From a virus (lineage: Duplodnaviria; Caudoviricetes): a DNA stretch of 26,008 nucleotides. Where the stretch lies: positions 1 to 26,008 of the IMG/VR virus record IMGVR_UViG_3300044708_000102. One strand, written 5' to 3'. Both the position numbers and the translations under genes were made by a program. Shown in pieces: positions 1 to 8,622 of this stretch (within the stretch, counting starts at the first letter, position 1; each line of letters starts with the position of its first letter). The notes under the pieces are model-generated. The model ran no database searches. It had not been told where the DNA came from and was given only the letters and a program-made list of their open reading frames with translations.

Positions 1-99
1 TCCAGCGGCCACGCGGGCAGGATTGGCAGCTACAGACGTTTAGCGTTCTGAAGCTGACTTGGAAAGACTCAACGTGTACACCGTGTTTGCATTTCATGG

Positions 100-420
100 C
101 TAGCGGGCCTCGCTTTCTTTTTCTGGCGGCCAAACAGGGCATAAGTCCTTCGTTTCCGCGCTAGTAGCGTCCGTGAAATACAGTGCGCCACAGTCGCCCG
201 TCATCAGTTCCAGCGTGCCAAGCGGCTCGCCCTTGTGGTACAGTTGGACCGAGCGGTCAGCTAATAGTTCAATTTGCAGCGGCTCGCCGTCTGTTTGAAC
301 GGACTCGCCCGCTACGGGGTATTTGCGAGCAAGGTCTTGAAGTTCTTGGCGGCTAAGTGTGATAGCGGCCCCGATAGTTATCAGTTCCGGCCCCACAGGT
401 TCGTCTGAAAGTGATCTCAT
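100..420 (-). CDS. hypothetical phage protein
   Basis: ORF in the minus-strand block; ATG at 420 (MRSLSDEP) preceded by AAGGA. Confidence 0.6.
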   Translation of the reverse strand: MRSLSDEPVGPELITIGAAITLSRQELQDLARKYPVAGESVQTDGEPLQIELLADRSVQLYHKGEPLGTLELMTGDCGALYFTDATSAETKDLCPVWPPEKESEAR

Positions 421-629
421 AATTTTTTCCTTTTGCCCGCTAAACCCTAGCACCCCTTCCGGGGCCAGCCGCGAGCTATTCTAAATTGCTCGCTTTTAGC
501 TTTGCTGGGCTAGCGGGGCCTAAAATTTTTTGGTCGCCATCGTTTTCCTTGCCCGCCCATCCTGCCCTAGTCTACTACAGTATGTCAAGTACAAAATGCT
601 CAGGCAGGGAAAATATTTTTAGCGGCCCG

Positions 630-1043
630 CTACTCTCCGAAATAAAACTGCTGAGCGTATTCTAAAACCGTTGCCCGCTGCGCTTCGTCTAGCCGCGCTT
701 CAGTCCACGGCTTGAACCAGTCTTGATATTCAAAGCGGGCCGTGGTCGGCTGGCCGTCTTCAAGGTCGCCTACAATGCGGGTAGCGGGGCCGCCAGTCGA
801 AAGCAGAATGCAGTACTCGGCGGGCGTGCGGTCGGCGTCGGATGCTCCCGCTGTGTACCACCCGCTGCGGACTTCCACGGACAAGGGGGTTTCGGCAATC
901 TCGTTGCTTGCTCCAAAATCGTTGCCGGGGTCGTCGCCTTCTTGCGCGTCGTGTAAGCGGTCAAGTTGTTCCCGCATCCATTCGGCGGCCCGCTGGCCCG
1001 CTTCATTCGCCTGTGTCTGAAAATCTTTTTCTTCGGTCTGCAT
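630..1043 (-). CDS. hypothetical phage protein
   Basis: 137-aa ORF, AAAGGAG RBS, globular composition (LLSTGGPATRI..YQDWF). Confidence 0.8.
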   Translation of the reverse strand: MQTEEKDFQTQANEAGQRAAEWMREQLDRLHDAQEGDDPGNDFGASNEIAETPLSVEVRSGWYTAGASDADRTPAEYCILLSTGGPATRIVGDLEDGQPTTARFEYQDWFKPWTEARLDEAQRATVLEYAQQFYFGE

Positions 1044-1067
1044 TTTGTTTCTCCTTTGTCCGCGTTC

Positions 1068-1241
1068 TTAAAGCTTTTGTTTCCTGCGTGTTACACCTTT
1101 TCCACCACACACCACGCAACGGATGCCCCGCCACGCTCCAACAACCCACCCTAGCCCGCTACAACCCCAGCATGTGCTAGTGGGCCGTCGGCACCACGGG
1201 CACCAGTCTGGTTTAGCGTAGCTGTGCGGGCAAGGTGTCAT
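1068..1241 (-). CDS. small Zn-finger protein with DnaJ-type CxxCxGxG repeats
   Basis: Not in ORF track; translates MTPCPHSYAKPDWCPWCRRPTSTCWGCSGLGW...CVVCGGKG (57 aa); ATGA overlap with upstream stop. Confidence 0.65.
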   Translation of the reverse strand: MTPCPHSYAKPDWCPWCRRPTSTCWGCSGLGWVVGAWRGIRCVVCGGKGVTRRKQKL

Positions 1242-1423
1242 GATCCGAAGAAAAGACGGCGGCTGCGCTCTTGTCTGTCGTCGCGCTCTTGAATCGCTTT
1301 CTTAAACTCCATGGCTTTTTCTAGCGTCTCAGTCGAAAGACCCGATAGTTTAGCCAACTTTATACGCCTTTCCAAGCGCTCGTAGCTGAGAACCGAAAGC
1401 GTTTCAACATTTTGCGTTGCCAT
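1238..1423 (-). CDS. hypothetical protein
   Basis: 61 aa, GGGAGG RBS upstream. Confidence 0.7.
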   Translation of the reverse strand: MATQNVETLSVLSYERLERRIKLAKLSGLSTETLEKAMEFKKAIQERDDRQERSRRLFFGS

Positions 1424-1471
1424 GCCCGCACCCTCCCTGAGTCTGTTTAAACGTACTTAGCTAGCGGGCCG

Positions 1472-1705
1472 CTACAGCGACACGTACCAGATACCCTCAT
1501 CCGGTTCTGGCGGGGGCAAAATCTTTCGTGACGTGTTCTTAACGTCGGGTTGCGTCGGGCTGTAGGTCCATGACCCGTCGTCGGAGTCGTAGCCCTCAAT
1601 GACTACGGGCAAATCGCCGCGCTCGGCCTTGATCGCTTCCAAGCGCAGGATTAAATCGGAAATCTTGAAACTGGAATCTTTTTCTAAAAACGTTTGTGCT
1701 GTCAT
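1472..1705 (-). CDS. hypothetical protein
   Basis: 77 aa, GGAGG RBS, ATGA coupling; LIxxLxxxxxxxGDLPV pattern common in small phage proteins. Confidence 0.75.
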   Translation of the reverse strand: MTAQTFLEKDSSFKISDLILRLEAIKAERGDLPVVIEGYDSDDGSWTYSPTQPDVKNTSRKILPPPEPDEGIWYVSL

Positions 1706-2103
1706 TGTCCATTTCCTCCGTCGGGGCCCGCTAGCTTTCGTTCGCTAACCCATGCTTCACCTTGCCCGCTAACAGGCGTGACTAACAAATCAGTACGCCC
1801 ATAGACTCGCCTAGACTTTAACACACGGACAAGGAATGTCAAGTCTTTTGTGCTAGCGAGCCTTAAAATTTTTCCTTCTCGGTCGTCCACGATTGCGGGT
1901 AGGACGTGGCGGGCCGTTGATACTGTGCGGTGGTACCCGTCATAGTAGCCCGTGGAATAATCAGGCAACCCAGACCCAGCATTGAGCGCCACCACAAGAG
2001 GCACGCGGCCCATAAACCTATCCGTCCTGCCCGCCCGGTACCCGTTGCGGTAGTTTTCCGTTTGAACGGACTCCGGGCCGCTACCCATCGCGCTAGCCTG
2101 CAT
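1702..2103 (-). CDS. hypothetical protein
   Basis: 133 aa, overlaps both neighbours, AGGAG RBS. Confidence 0.65.
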   Translation of the reverse strand: MQASAMGSGPESVQTENYRNGYRAGRTDRFMGRVPLVVALNAGSGLPDYSTGYYDGYHRTVSTARHVLPAIVDDREGKILRLASTKDLTFLVRVLKSRRVYGRTDLLVTPVSGQGEAWVSERKLAGPDGGNGQ

Positions 2104-2350
2104 GGTTAGACTCCTGCGCTTCCCTTGCCCGCCGTAGTTCTAAAGCGTTCTCATGCTGGCACAGGGCGAACCAACCTCCCCACGGCCCGATAACAAAATC
2201 GTGCTCGGAGATGTCGCCTAGGCATTCTCCGCAGTATTCGTACTCAAAGAAAACTTCGGCCCATTCCTGCGCCGTTTGCCCGCTAGCATCGCGCTCTGGC
2301 GGGATTGGCGCGAAACCGTTACCCTTTACAATAGCTACTTGTTGGCTCAT
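2093..2350 (-). CDS. hypothetical protein (CxxC, possible Zn binding)
   Basis: Start moved to ATG 2350 after AAAGGAG; CGEC...H...C. Confidence 0.65.
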   Translation of the reverse strand: MSQQVAIVKGNGFAPIPPERDASGQTAQEWAEVFFEYEYCGECLGDISEHDFVIGPWGGWFALCQHENALELRRAREAQESNHAG

Positions 2351-2370
2351 CGGTCGTGCTCCTTTGGGGC

Positions 2371-2532
2371 CTAGCGGCCCGCTAGCGTCAAATAACACCT
2401 TACAATCCCACGCTTACCCGTTCCTTCAAACGCAGCAAGATGGCCGCGAACCGTCCACCAGTGCGCCCATTTGCGGGCCTCTGATAGCCTGAGCAATCCC
2501 GCGTCCGTCCGTTTGCGTCTAGGCGTCTTCAT
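2371..2532 (-). CDS. small basic hypothetical protein
   Basis: MKTPRRK... fills the gap between neighbours and overlaps the upstream stop. Confidence 0.45.
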   Translation of the reverse strand: MKTPRRKRTDAGLLRLSEARKWAHWWTVRGHLAAFEGTGKRGIVRCYLTLAGR

Positions 2533-2725
2533 ATTCCGCCTTGTCCGACAATGGGCCGGGGTCGTGCTCATCGTTCCACTCGCGGCATAGCTCGCGGGCC
2601 TCTTGTTCGCTAACCCCACGGGCTAGGTAGTGCTTGGTTCCGGCACCAGGTTCGCGGCCATTCGGCCAGCTTGGGTTAGGTTTCCACCACGTCCGATGGA
2701 ACACGTCAAAAGTTTCTTCGGCCAT
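2519..2725 (-). CDS. hypothetical protein
   Basis: 68 aa, AAGGAG RBS. Confidence 0.8.
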   Translation of the reverse strand: MAEETFDVFHRTWWKPNPSWPNGREPGAGTKHYLARGVSEQEARELCREWNDEHDPGPLSDKAEYEDA

Positions 2726-2785
2726 TTGTTTGTATCTCCTTTAGATTCAAAAATCTTTGCGGGCAAGGGAAGTGCTAGCGGCCCG

Positions 2786-3469
2786 CTATCCTTCCACGCT
2801 GTACCAGTAGTTCTCTTGCAGCTTGGTACGCTCTTTCTGTAGCCGCTGAATCCTCGTTTTGACACGGGACCATTCAGCCTTGCTCAGTTGTTCGACTAGC
2901 GGTAAGGTTTGGACGGCGGCCCGGTTAAGGCGCATTTCACGGCGTAGCGCACGATAGCCCGTGTACAAGTCTTTAATTTCGTCGGCTATTTCTTCGATGC
3001 GTGATTCTGCCCGCGATTTTGCCTCATATTCGCGTTCTTCTTCCGCGAAAATCTCCGCCATACGATCGGCGGCCCGTACCGCGTCCCGTAATTCGCTACG
3101 CACGTCGGAGAAGTCAACCCAAGCGCAATCCGTATTGTGGGGGTCCGCTACAGCGGGCAAGTATTGCGTTTCGCCGTCCCGTGCTGGCAACTGGTACACA
3201 TGCCCGCACGCCAATTGATCCTGAAATGAATCCATGTACCATCCCGTATGATCCATGCGGTAGGACTCGCGGGCCGCTACATCGTGGGCCGCGCCTACAC
3301 TGCGTAGGCCGTCGGAAACATGCTCTACCCATCGGCGGCCCTTGGTATTGGGGTTGTACTCAATGCACTTGTTCAGTCTGTAGCCGTACTTAGAATACCG
3401 TCGGCTAACGTAGGCCGTGAATGTTTCAGACTTCGGACCTTGCAAAAACCTTTCTGGTAGCTGTGTCAT
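2786..3469 (-). CDS. hypothetical protein with C-terminal coiled coil
   Basis: Long ORF, likely start ATG 3469 (MTQLPERF) after AAGGA. Confidence 0.8.
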   Translation of the reverse strand: MTQLPERFLQGPKSETFTAYVSRRYSKYGYRLNKCIEYNPNTKGRRWVEHVSDGLRSVGAAHDVAARESYRMDHTGWYMDSFQDQLACGHVYQLPARDGETQYLPAVADPHNTDCAWVDFSDVRSELRDAVRAADRMAEIFAEEEREYEAKSRAESRIEEIADEIKDLYTGYRALRREMRLNRAAVQTLPLVEQLSKAEWSRVKTRIQRLQKERTKLQENYWYSVEG

Positions 3470-3544
3470 ATCGTTTTTTCCTTTTGGCGTTTTGAGTGTG
3501 CCTCCCACTTTTTTCCGGGCCGCTAGCCCGTCTGTTTGAACGTA

Positions 3545-3739
3545 CTACCGTTTCAAATGCAATTTTGTTTCCACTCCGTTGTCGTCTGTCACAATGATCC
3601 AAGCTTCGCGTTCTCGCCCGCCATCAACTAACGCGGGCAAGTAGTATTCGTTGTAGCGCCCAATCTGTAGCTCATGATCGTCACTGAGCATTGTTTGGCC
3701 ATTCGCGAGTTTGGTTTTCACGTACATGCGGATTTTCAT
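3545..3739 (-). CDS. hypothetical protein
   Basis: Likely start MKIRMY at 3739. Confidence 0.6.
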   Translation of the reverse strand: MKIRMYVKTKLANGQTMLSDDHELQIGRYNEYYLPALVDGGREREAWIIVTDDNGVETKLHLKR

Positions 3740-3788
3740 AGCGGGCCTACCCTTTCCATTTGAACGTACTAGCAACTAGCTTGCCAAA

Positions 3789-4388
3789 CTAGCGGGCCTC
3801 TGGGATAACAGGCAGTCCCGTAGCTACCTCGTACACGGGGTATGGCGCTACACCGTCTTCAAACCAATCATGCCCCATGCAATAGGTTTTCGGCCCATCC
3901 GGGCAAGGATTGTCAAGATTGCCAGCACCGGGTACGCAAGGCGAGCAATATTGAGCGAACGTGTAGAACGGCGAACGCAGGATAAACACGTCCGAGTCAA
4001 GGCAATCCGTTAGCGAATAATCGCCGTCGTCCGATGCCCAGCCTAGCATTTCTTCGCTAAAAACGCTATCAGACCAATAGCATTCTTGACAAGGAATGCA
4101 CGTGTAGTCCTTGCCATCAAACCATGAAGGCGTACCATCGTCGTCTAGCTCGATTGGTTCGCCGTACTTGTCTTCCAGCTTGCCCGTGAACAGGCTTTCA
4201 TCGTCCGAAGCTTTGATAGTGTTTCCACACTTCGGGCATGTTGGCGGCCCATAGTTCGCGCCGTCCATGATCGTTTCATTGATCCAATCGCCTAGGCTGT
4301 GCTGTGAGACTACCCCGTAGTGAATCCCGTTTGTTTTGTCAACGTTTGATTGCCCTAGGCTGTAGTCGATACCTGCGTATGATGCCAT
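3789..4388 (-). CDS. Cys-rich acidic hypothetical phage protein
   Basis: 199 aa, GAGGA RBS, CPKC / CIPC / CSPC motifs. Confidence 0.85.
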   Translation of the reverse strand: MASYAGIDYSLGQSNVDKTNGIHYGVVSQHSLGDWINETIMDGANYGPPTCPKCGNTIKASDDESLFTGKLEDKYGEPIELDDDGTPSWFDGKDYTCIPCQECYWSDSVFSEEMLGWASDDGDYSLTDCLDSDVFILRSPFYTFAQYCSPCVPGAGNLDNPCPDGPKTYCMGHDWFEDGVAPYPVYEVATGLPVIPEAR

Positions 4389-4529
4389 GTTGTTATCCTC
4401 GTTTCGTTTGTTGTCCTACCAAGTACAGAAAAACTCGGGCAAGCTTGCAATACGTCAAAAAATCGCGGGCCGCTATGCAATCCTTTTGCCCGCTAATCAG
4501 TATGCGTAGTGCGTTACCTATGGGAGACA

Positions 4530-4865
4530 TTAGCTAGCGGCCCGATTCTCGAAAGTGTCAAGGGCCGCAAACAACGTGCTAGGCGCATCTAAGTACTCAC
4601 GGACAAGCGCAGGACCTACCCAGAGAATGCTATAGCGGGCCGTCCGGCCTACCCATCGGCAAAAACGCCAACCTTTCGGCACGTGGGCAAAGTCTACTCC
4701 ACGTTTGGCGAAAAAATCGCGGGCCGCTAGATATTGCTCCACGTCTAGCCCGTCCACTTCGTTCAAGAACGCATAGACGCGGGCATAATGGGCCGCTACC
4801 ATACGTTTTTCCTTGCCCGAAAGCTTGTCCCATTGATCTATCGGGTATCCGTGAGGTTTCGTCAT
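4530..4865 (-). CDS. hypothetical protein
   Basis: 111 aa in block orientation. Confidence 0.65.
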   Translation of the reverse strand: MTKPHGYPIDQWDKLSGKEKRMVAAHYARVYAFLNEVDGLDVEQYLAARDFFAKRGVDFAHVPKGWRFCRWVGRTARYSILWVGPALVREYLDAPSTLFAALDTFENRAAS

Positions 4866-4887
4866 GATCCGTAATCCTTCCGGGCCG

Positions 4888-5079
4888 CTAGTGAACCAAA
4901 ATTCGGCTAGCCATGCACGTTACCTGATAATCGTCCGCATACCACGCTTGCAAACGGTAGGACGTGGTAGCAACTAGCTCATCCCACTTGGCCAATAATT
5001 CAGCACTCCAGTATGTGTCGCGGGCAAGGATAGTTTCGGTTTCGTCCGCGTCATACCGTGCTATGTAAGCTTTACGCAT
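4888..5079 (-). CDS. hypothetical protein
   Basis: 63 aa, TAATG overlap with upstream stop. Confidence 0.65.
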   Translation of the reverse strand: MRKAYIARYDADETETILARDTYWSAELLAKWDELVATTSYRLQAWYADDYQVTCMASRILVH

Positions 5080-5660
5080 TAGTTTTGCTCCATTTCAGTA
5101 CCGCACAGGCAAACGGGCAAGCCAATAGCGGCCCATTTCGCCGTCAAACGTACCACGTATCCGCACGCTGGGCAAGATGCTTTAAGCAATCGGGTACCTT
5201 GTTTGTTCTTTTGGAGTGCTTTAATGTCAAACTCAGAGTGCGGGTACGCGGGCATTGTGGCTAGCAGTTCGTTTAAACGTACTGTCAATTCTGGGCCCGC
5301 TACAGTTGCCGTCGCCTTGCCCGTCAATCCTAGGGCCGTAGCGGCCCGTTTAAACGGTGTTTTGTGGCCGTGTTCGCATCCGACAACGGCATGGGCTATC
5401 TCATGGACCATTGTAGCCGCGATAACTAGCGGATCATTGAGCAATGGCGAGATAAAAATCTCGTTAGCGCCGTCCGCTGCACAAAGATGAGACCAGCACT
5501 CGCCAATGGTTCGATTCTTGCGCGATAGCGCCCGTTTGCTGGGCAATGCACAGCTAAAACGCATAGGGCCGCTAATCGCGTACCCTGATTCAGCGAACGC
5601 GGGCCGCAATCGGGCCGCTAACTCTACTAGCCATTGCTCGCGTGTGGTAATATCAGACAT
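5079..5660 (-). CDS. SprT-like zinc metalloprotease (Mpr-like)
   Basis: HEIAH (HExxH) followed by HGHKTPF, IGECW motif, C-terminal CPAC...CLC. Confidence 0.85.
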   Translation of the reverse strand: MSDITTREQWLVELAARLRPAFAESGYAISGPMRFSCALPSKRALSRKNRTIGECWSHLCAADGANEIFISPLLNDPLVIAATMVHEIAHAVVGCEHGHKTPFKRAATALGLTGKATATVAGPELTVRLNELLATMPAYPHSEFDIKALQKNKQGTRLLKASCPACGYVVRLTAKWAAIGLPVCLCGTEMEQN

Positions 5661-5663
5661 AGG

Positions 5664-5942
5664 TTAGCTCACTTTCAGGCTAGCGCCCGTATTTAGCGCC
5701 CGTGCGATTGTACCCCATGCGAACGTCCAACCAGTTCCACACACGCCCGCGAACGGTAACAGACGGCCCGCTATGCGGTACTCTGTCTTTTGCCCGCCAT
5801 GCTCAATAGTCACTTCGGGTAAATGCTCGCGCACTAACTCGGGCGTCCACTTGCCCGCTAGCACTTCGTGTTTAGGTTTGTTGTCCACGTTTAAACTTAG
5901 AGCAACCCTTATGCCAAACAAGGATAAGCGGGAAATGAACAA
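5664..5942 (-). CDS. hypothetical protein
   Basis: 92 aa, TTG start, abuts the SprT-like gene. Confidence 0.6.
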   Translation of the reverse strand: MFISRLSLFGIRVALSLNVDNKPKHEVLAGKWTPELVREHLPEVTIEHGGQKTEYRIAGRLLPFAGVCGTGWTFAWGTIARALNTGASLKVS

Positions 5943-6178
5943 GTTAAAAAGTCCCCTAGGTACGATATGTACCTAGGTCCTACTGATTCTAAAGCACTTC
6001 GCTATATTTTCGTATGTAATTTTGCTATAGCAATTTTATCCGATTGCGTAAAAAATCTATAGTAGAGCAATTAGCGGGCCAAACCCATTCTATTCAAACG
6101 TACTGATTTTTCAAGGGCCGCTAGCTTGATTTTCCTTGCCCGTATGCTTTGGCTATCAGATTGCATATAGGACGGGGT

Positions 6179-6472
6179 ATGCGCTTGATTCACAATTGCC
6201 GTAGTGCTGGCGGAGGTAGAGAATGGTCCCACTGTACCGGATGCGATGGACGTTTGCACATACCCGGATGCACAGCCAAACTTAACCCTAAGCGCGATTG
6301 CTGTGCGGCCCGCCACAAACTGCTATTTGACGCGGGCATTACTCGCGGGATATATGATGATTCATTCGCCATGTATCCCGAAGGATTACATGATCCTGAT
6401 AGCACAGTGGAACAAGACGCGAAGCTAGCACACGCTCGCCTAGTAGAGCTAGGGCTATACATAGCGAACTAG
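6179..6472 (+). CDS. Cys/His-rich hypothetical protein (lone plus-strand gene in the left block)
   Basis: ATG 6179 after AGGACGGGG; stop falls in the GC motif like its neighbours. Confidence 0.5.
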   Translation: MRLIHNCRSAGGGREWSHCTGCDGRLHIPGCTAKLNPKRDCCAARHKLLFDAGITRGIYDDSFAMYPEGLHDPDSTVEQDAKLAHARLVELGLYIAN

Positions 6473-6690
6473 CGGCCCGCTTCCCGTCCATTCAAACGAA
6501 CTAATTTCCGGCCCGCTAGCCCCGTGCTGTAGCCCTTGCCCGCTACCGTTCGTGTCTCATATTGCCCGCTAGGGCTAAACAAAAGGCGAATACAGAGTGA
6601 TAGCGGGCCGTTTTTCTGTTCAAACGGAAAAAGAAAACGGTCCTACCCAGTGAGGATAGGACCGTGAGAACGCGGGAATGATCCGGGCCG

Positions 6691-6933
6691 CTAGATCGAT
6701 GCGCCAAACAAATACCTATTGCCCGCTGGGTTGCCGCAGATATGGCAAGAACGCCAAGTAAACCCTTGCGACTCACCCAGGACTAGCCCGGTATGCGCGC
6801 CGTTATCCTCGCACGTTTGACGAATGCCGTCTCTGGTACGTTGTTCTTGCCCGTCATCCATGCCCGTGTAATCGTCATTCGCGATAGCTATGGCGCAATC
6901 GTCACAGCACAAACCAATTTCAAGGTATTCCAT
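6691..6933 (-). CDS. small Zn-binding hypothetical protein
   Basis: MEYLEIGLCCDDC...CHIC; GGAG RBS. Confidence 0.75.
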   Translation of the reverse strand: MEYLEIGLCCDDCAIAIANDDYTGMDDGQEQRTRDGIRQTCEDNGAHTGLVLGESQGFTWRSCHICGNPAGNRYLFGASI

Positions 6934-6981
6934 TATGGTTTCTCCGTTTTTCCGGGCCGCTATAAACAATCGGCCCGTGGG

Positions 6982-7212
6982 TTAGGGTTTGTCGCGTAAT
7001 TTGATATGCTCGCAGATAGCACGGGCAATGAGCGTACCTAAGTATCGCCGTTTGTGAGGTAGCTCGCCCGCTAGTTGTAAAACACGTACCGCACTTTGAT
7101 TAGCGGCTATCCACAAAGTCCCGTACTCGTCGGCGTACTTTGCATGATGCCCGCTAATCTCGCTTGCCTTTTGTTGTTCTAGTGCTTCACTTGCGGATAG
7201 GCGCTTAGTCAT
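6982..7212 (-). CDS. hypothetical protein
   Basis: Start MTKRLSASE overlaps the upstream small ORF. Confidence 0.6.
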   Translation of the reverse strand: MTKRLSASEALEQQKASEISGHHAKYADEYGTLWIAANQSAVRVLQLAGELPHKRRYLGTLIARAICEHIKLRDKP

Positions 7213-7366
7213 TAGGCCGTACCGTGTTAACGAGTGCTTCAGCGGTAGCGGGCGAGCAACCCAGCGAACGCACGCAAAGCAAGTACAAGCGAACGCGCGC
7301 GGATTGAACGCGGCTATCAAGCTGGGCCGCGTACTCTTGCAAAAGAACCAAAGTGTGTTTGTTCAT
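7205..7366 (-). CDS. hypothetical protein, first gene of the leftward block
   Basis: Not in ORF track; MNKHTLVLLQEY... 53 aa; TGnTATCCT extended -10 lies 7 nt upstream of ATG. Confidence 0.55.
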   Translation of the reverse strand: MNKHTLVLLQEYAAQLDSRVQSARVRLYLLCVRSLGCSPATAEALVNTVRPND

Positions 7367-7423
7367 GTTCCGAAGGATAACACACTATGACGCGGGCCGG
7401 ATCATAGCGGCCCGCTAGCTTGC

Positions 7424-7436
7424 TAAGTTATTGATT
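7424..7436 (-). promoter_or_regulatory. IHF-consensus site
   Basis: Minus strand AATCAATAACTTA matches WATCAANNNNTTR exactly. Confidence 0.5.
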
Positions 7437-7678
7437 CTTTATTCTACCTTGCCCGCTATAAGAGATAACAATGGGTATATCATGGTTCATTTTGTTACCA
7501 TGCTGTAGCTCATGGCGCTAGCCGTTCGCCCGTCCTAGGGGATTTGTAGCGCGAGATTTTTTCCGTTTGAATGGACTAGGGCCGCTATCACCTCGATTCG
7601 TTCCGGGCCGCTAGCAATTCAATCCTTGCCCGCTGTGTTAAAGACCTAGAACAGACAAGAGGTCATGAGAGACAGACG

Positions 7679-7726
7679 TAAGGTCATTACTGAGGTCATG
7701 CCCGAGGTCAGCACTAAGGTCATGAC
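7679..7726 (+). repeat. four tandem 12-bp repeats with AGGTCA core
   Basis: TAAGGTCATTAC TGAGGTCATGCC CGAGGTCAGCAC TAAGGTCATGAC, plus an extra AGGTCA at 7660. Confidence 0.85.
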
Positions 7727-8584
7727 AATCGGGGCCGCTAACTGAGCTAAACCTAGTGAATTACTACAGCCTAACGGTATCGGGCCGCTATCTAGCCCTT
7801 GGTAGCCCTGTTATAGCCCAGCGATTCCGGGCCGCTAGCACTCAATACGCTCACTCAGGATGGATATCCAGACAAGCCAATCCTTGCCCGCGTCATTCAT
7901 ATTGCCCGCTAGCGTTCTGTTCAACCAGAAAATCGCGGGTCGCTAGCTATATCCGATCCTTGCCCGCGTCTTTAAAGAAGGAATAAGGGAAGACAGAGAG
8001 ACAAGGGAAGACAGAACGGCCCAGCACGGCGGCCCGTGGTTCGCGCTTGCCCGCTATCATGTTGATAATACGCTCAAAGCGTGCTCACAGAAGGATACAC
8101 AGATAACACAATCCTTGCCCGCGTAGTTCCTAGCGTCTCCCAGCGTTTCTACAAAGTAGAGTATAGCCCGTAGGCTGTGTCAATCGCGCACTAAAGCGTG
8201 GTAAAATTGCAACGAACAAAGTATGGTAGTTCTAGACATTCGCAAAAACTACATTGTAGTAGCATCGAACTAAGTCTATTGTTTGCAATCAATTCCCTTG
8301 ACTAGTTACATCAAGGTACATCTACGTAATTGATAACACTCAGGCTATCTCGGGCCGCGTTTAGACCTATCCAGACGTGGTTTTTAGGCTAGCTCGCTGT
8401 TTGTTTTCAGTAGGTTACAGATAGGGGACCCTAATTTTAGAGCGTAGGGTGGAGGGGGTTTTCCCCTTTAGAATCAGTGAGTTAGTGTAAGGTACCTAGC
8501 ACCCACGACCTTTTTCTTCATCCCCAGTCTCGTCAACAACTTAAAAAATTCACGCCGTTCCGTAGCCGACACGACAACAATGTC

Positions 8585-8613
8585 TTGACAATCCCTAAAG
8601 TGTATGGTAGACT
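8585..8613 (+). promoter_or_regulatory. sigma70-type promoter
   Basis: TTGACA-17-TAGACT with extended TG. Confidence 0.75.
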
Positions 8614-8622
8614 GAATCAGAT

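Noticed and set aside
1068-1241. G-rich minus-strand stretch as G-quadruplex or ncRNA
   Set aside because: Explained by Gly/Trp/Val/Cys codons of a small CxxCxGxG protein
7756-7986. 76-aa ORF in the divergence region
   Set aside because: Built largely from repeat motifs, no RBS
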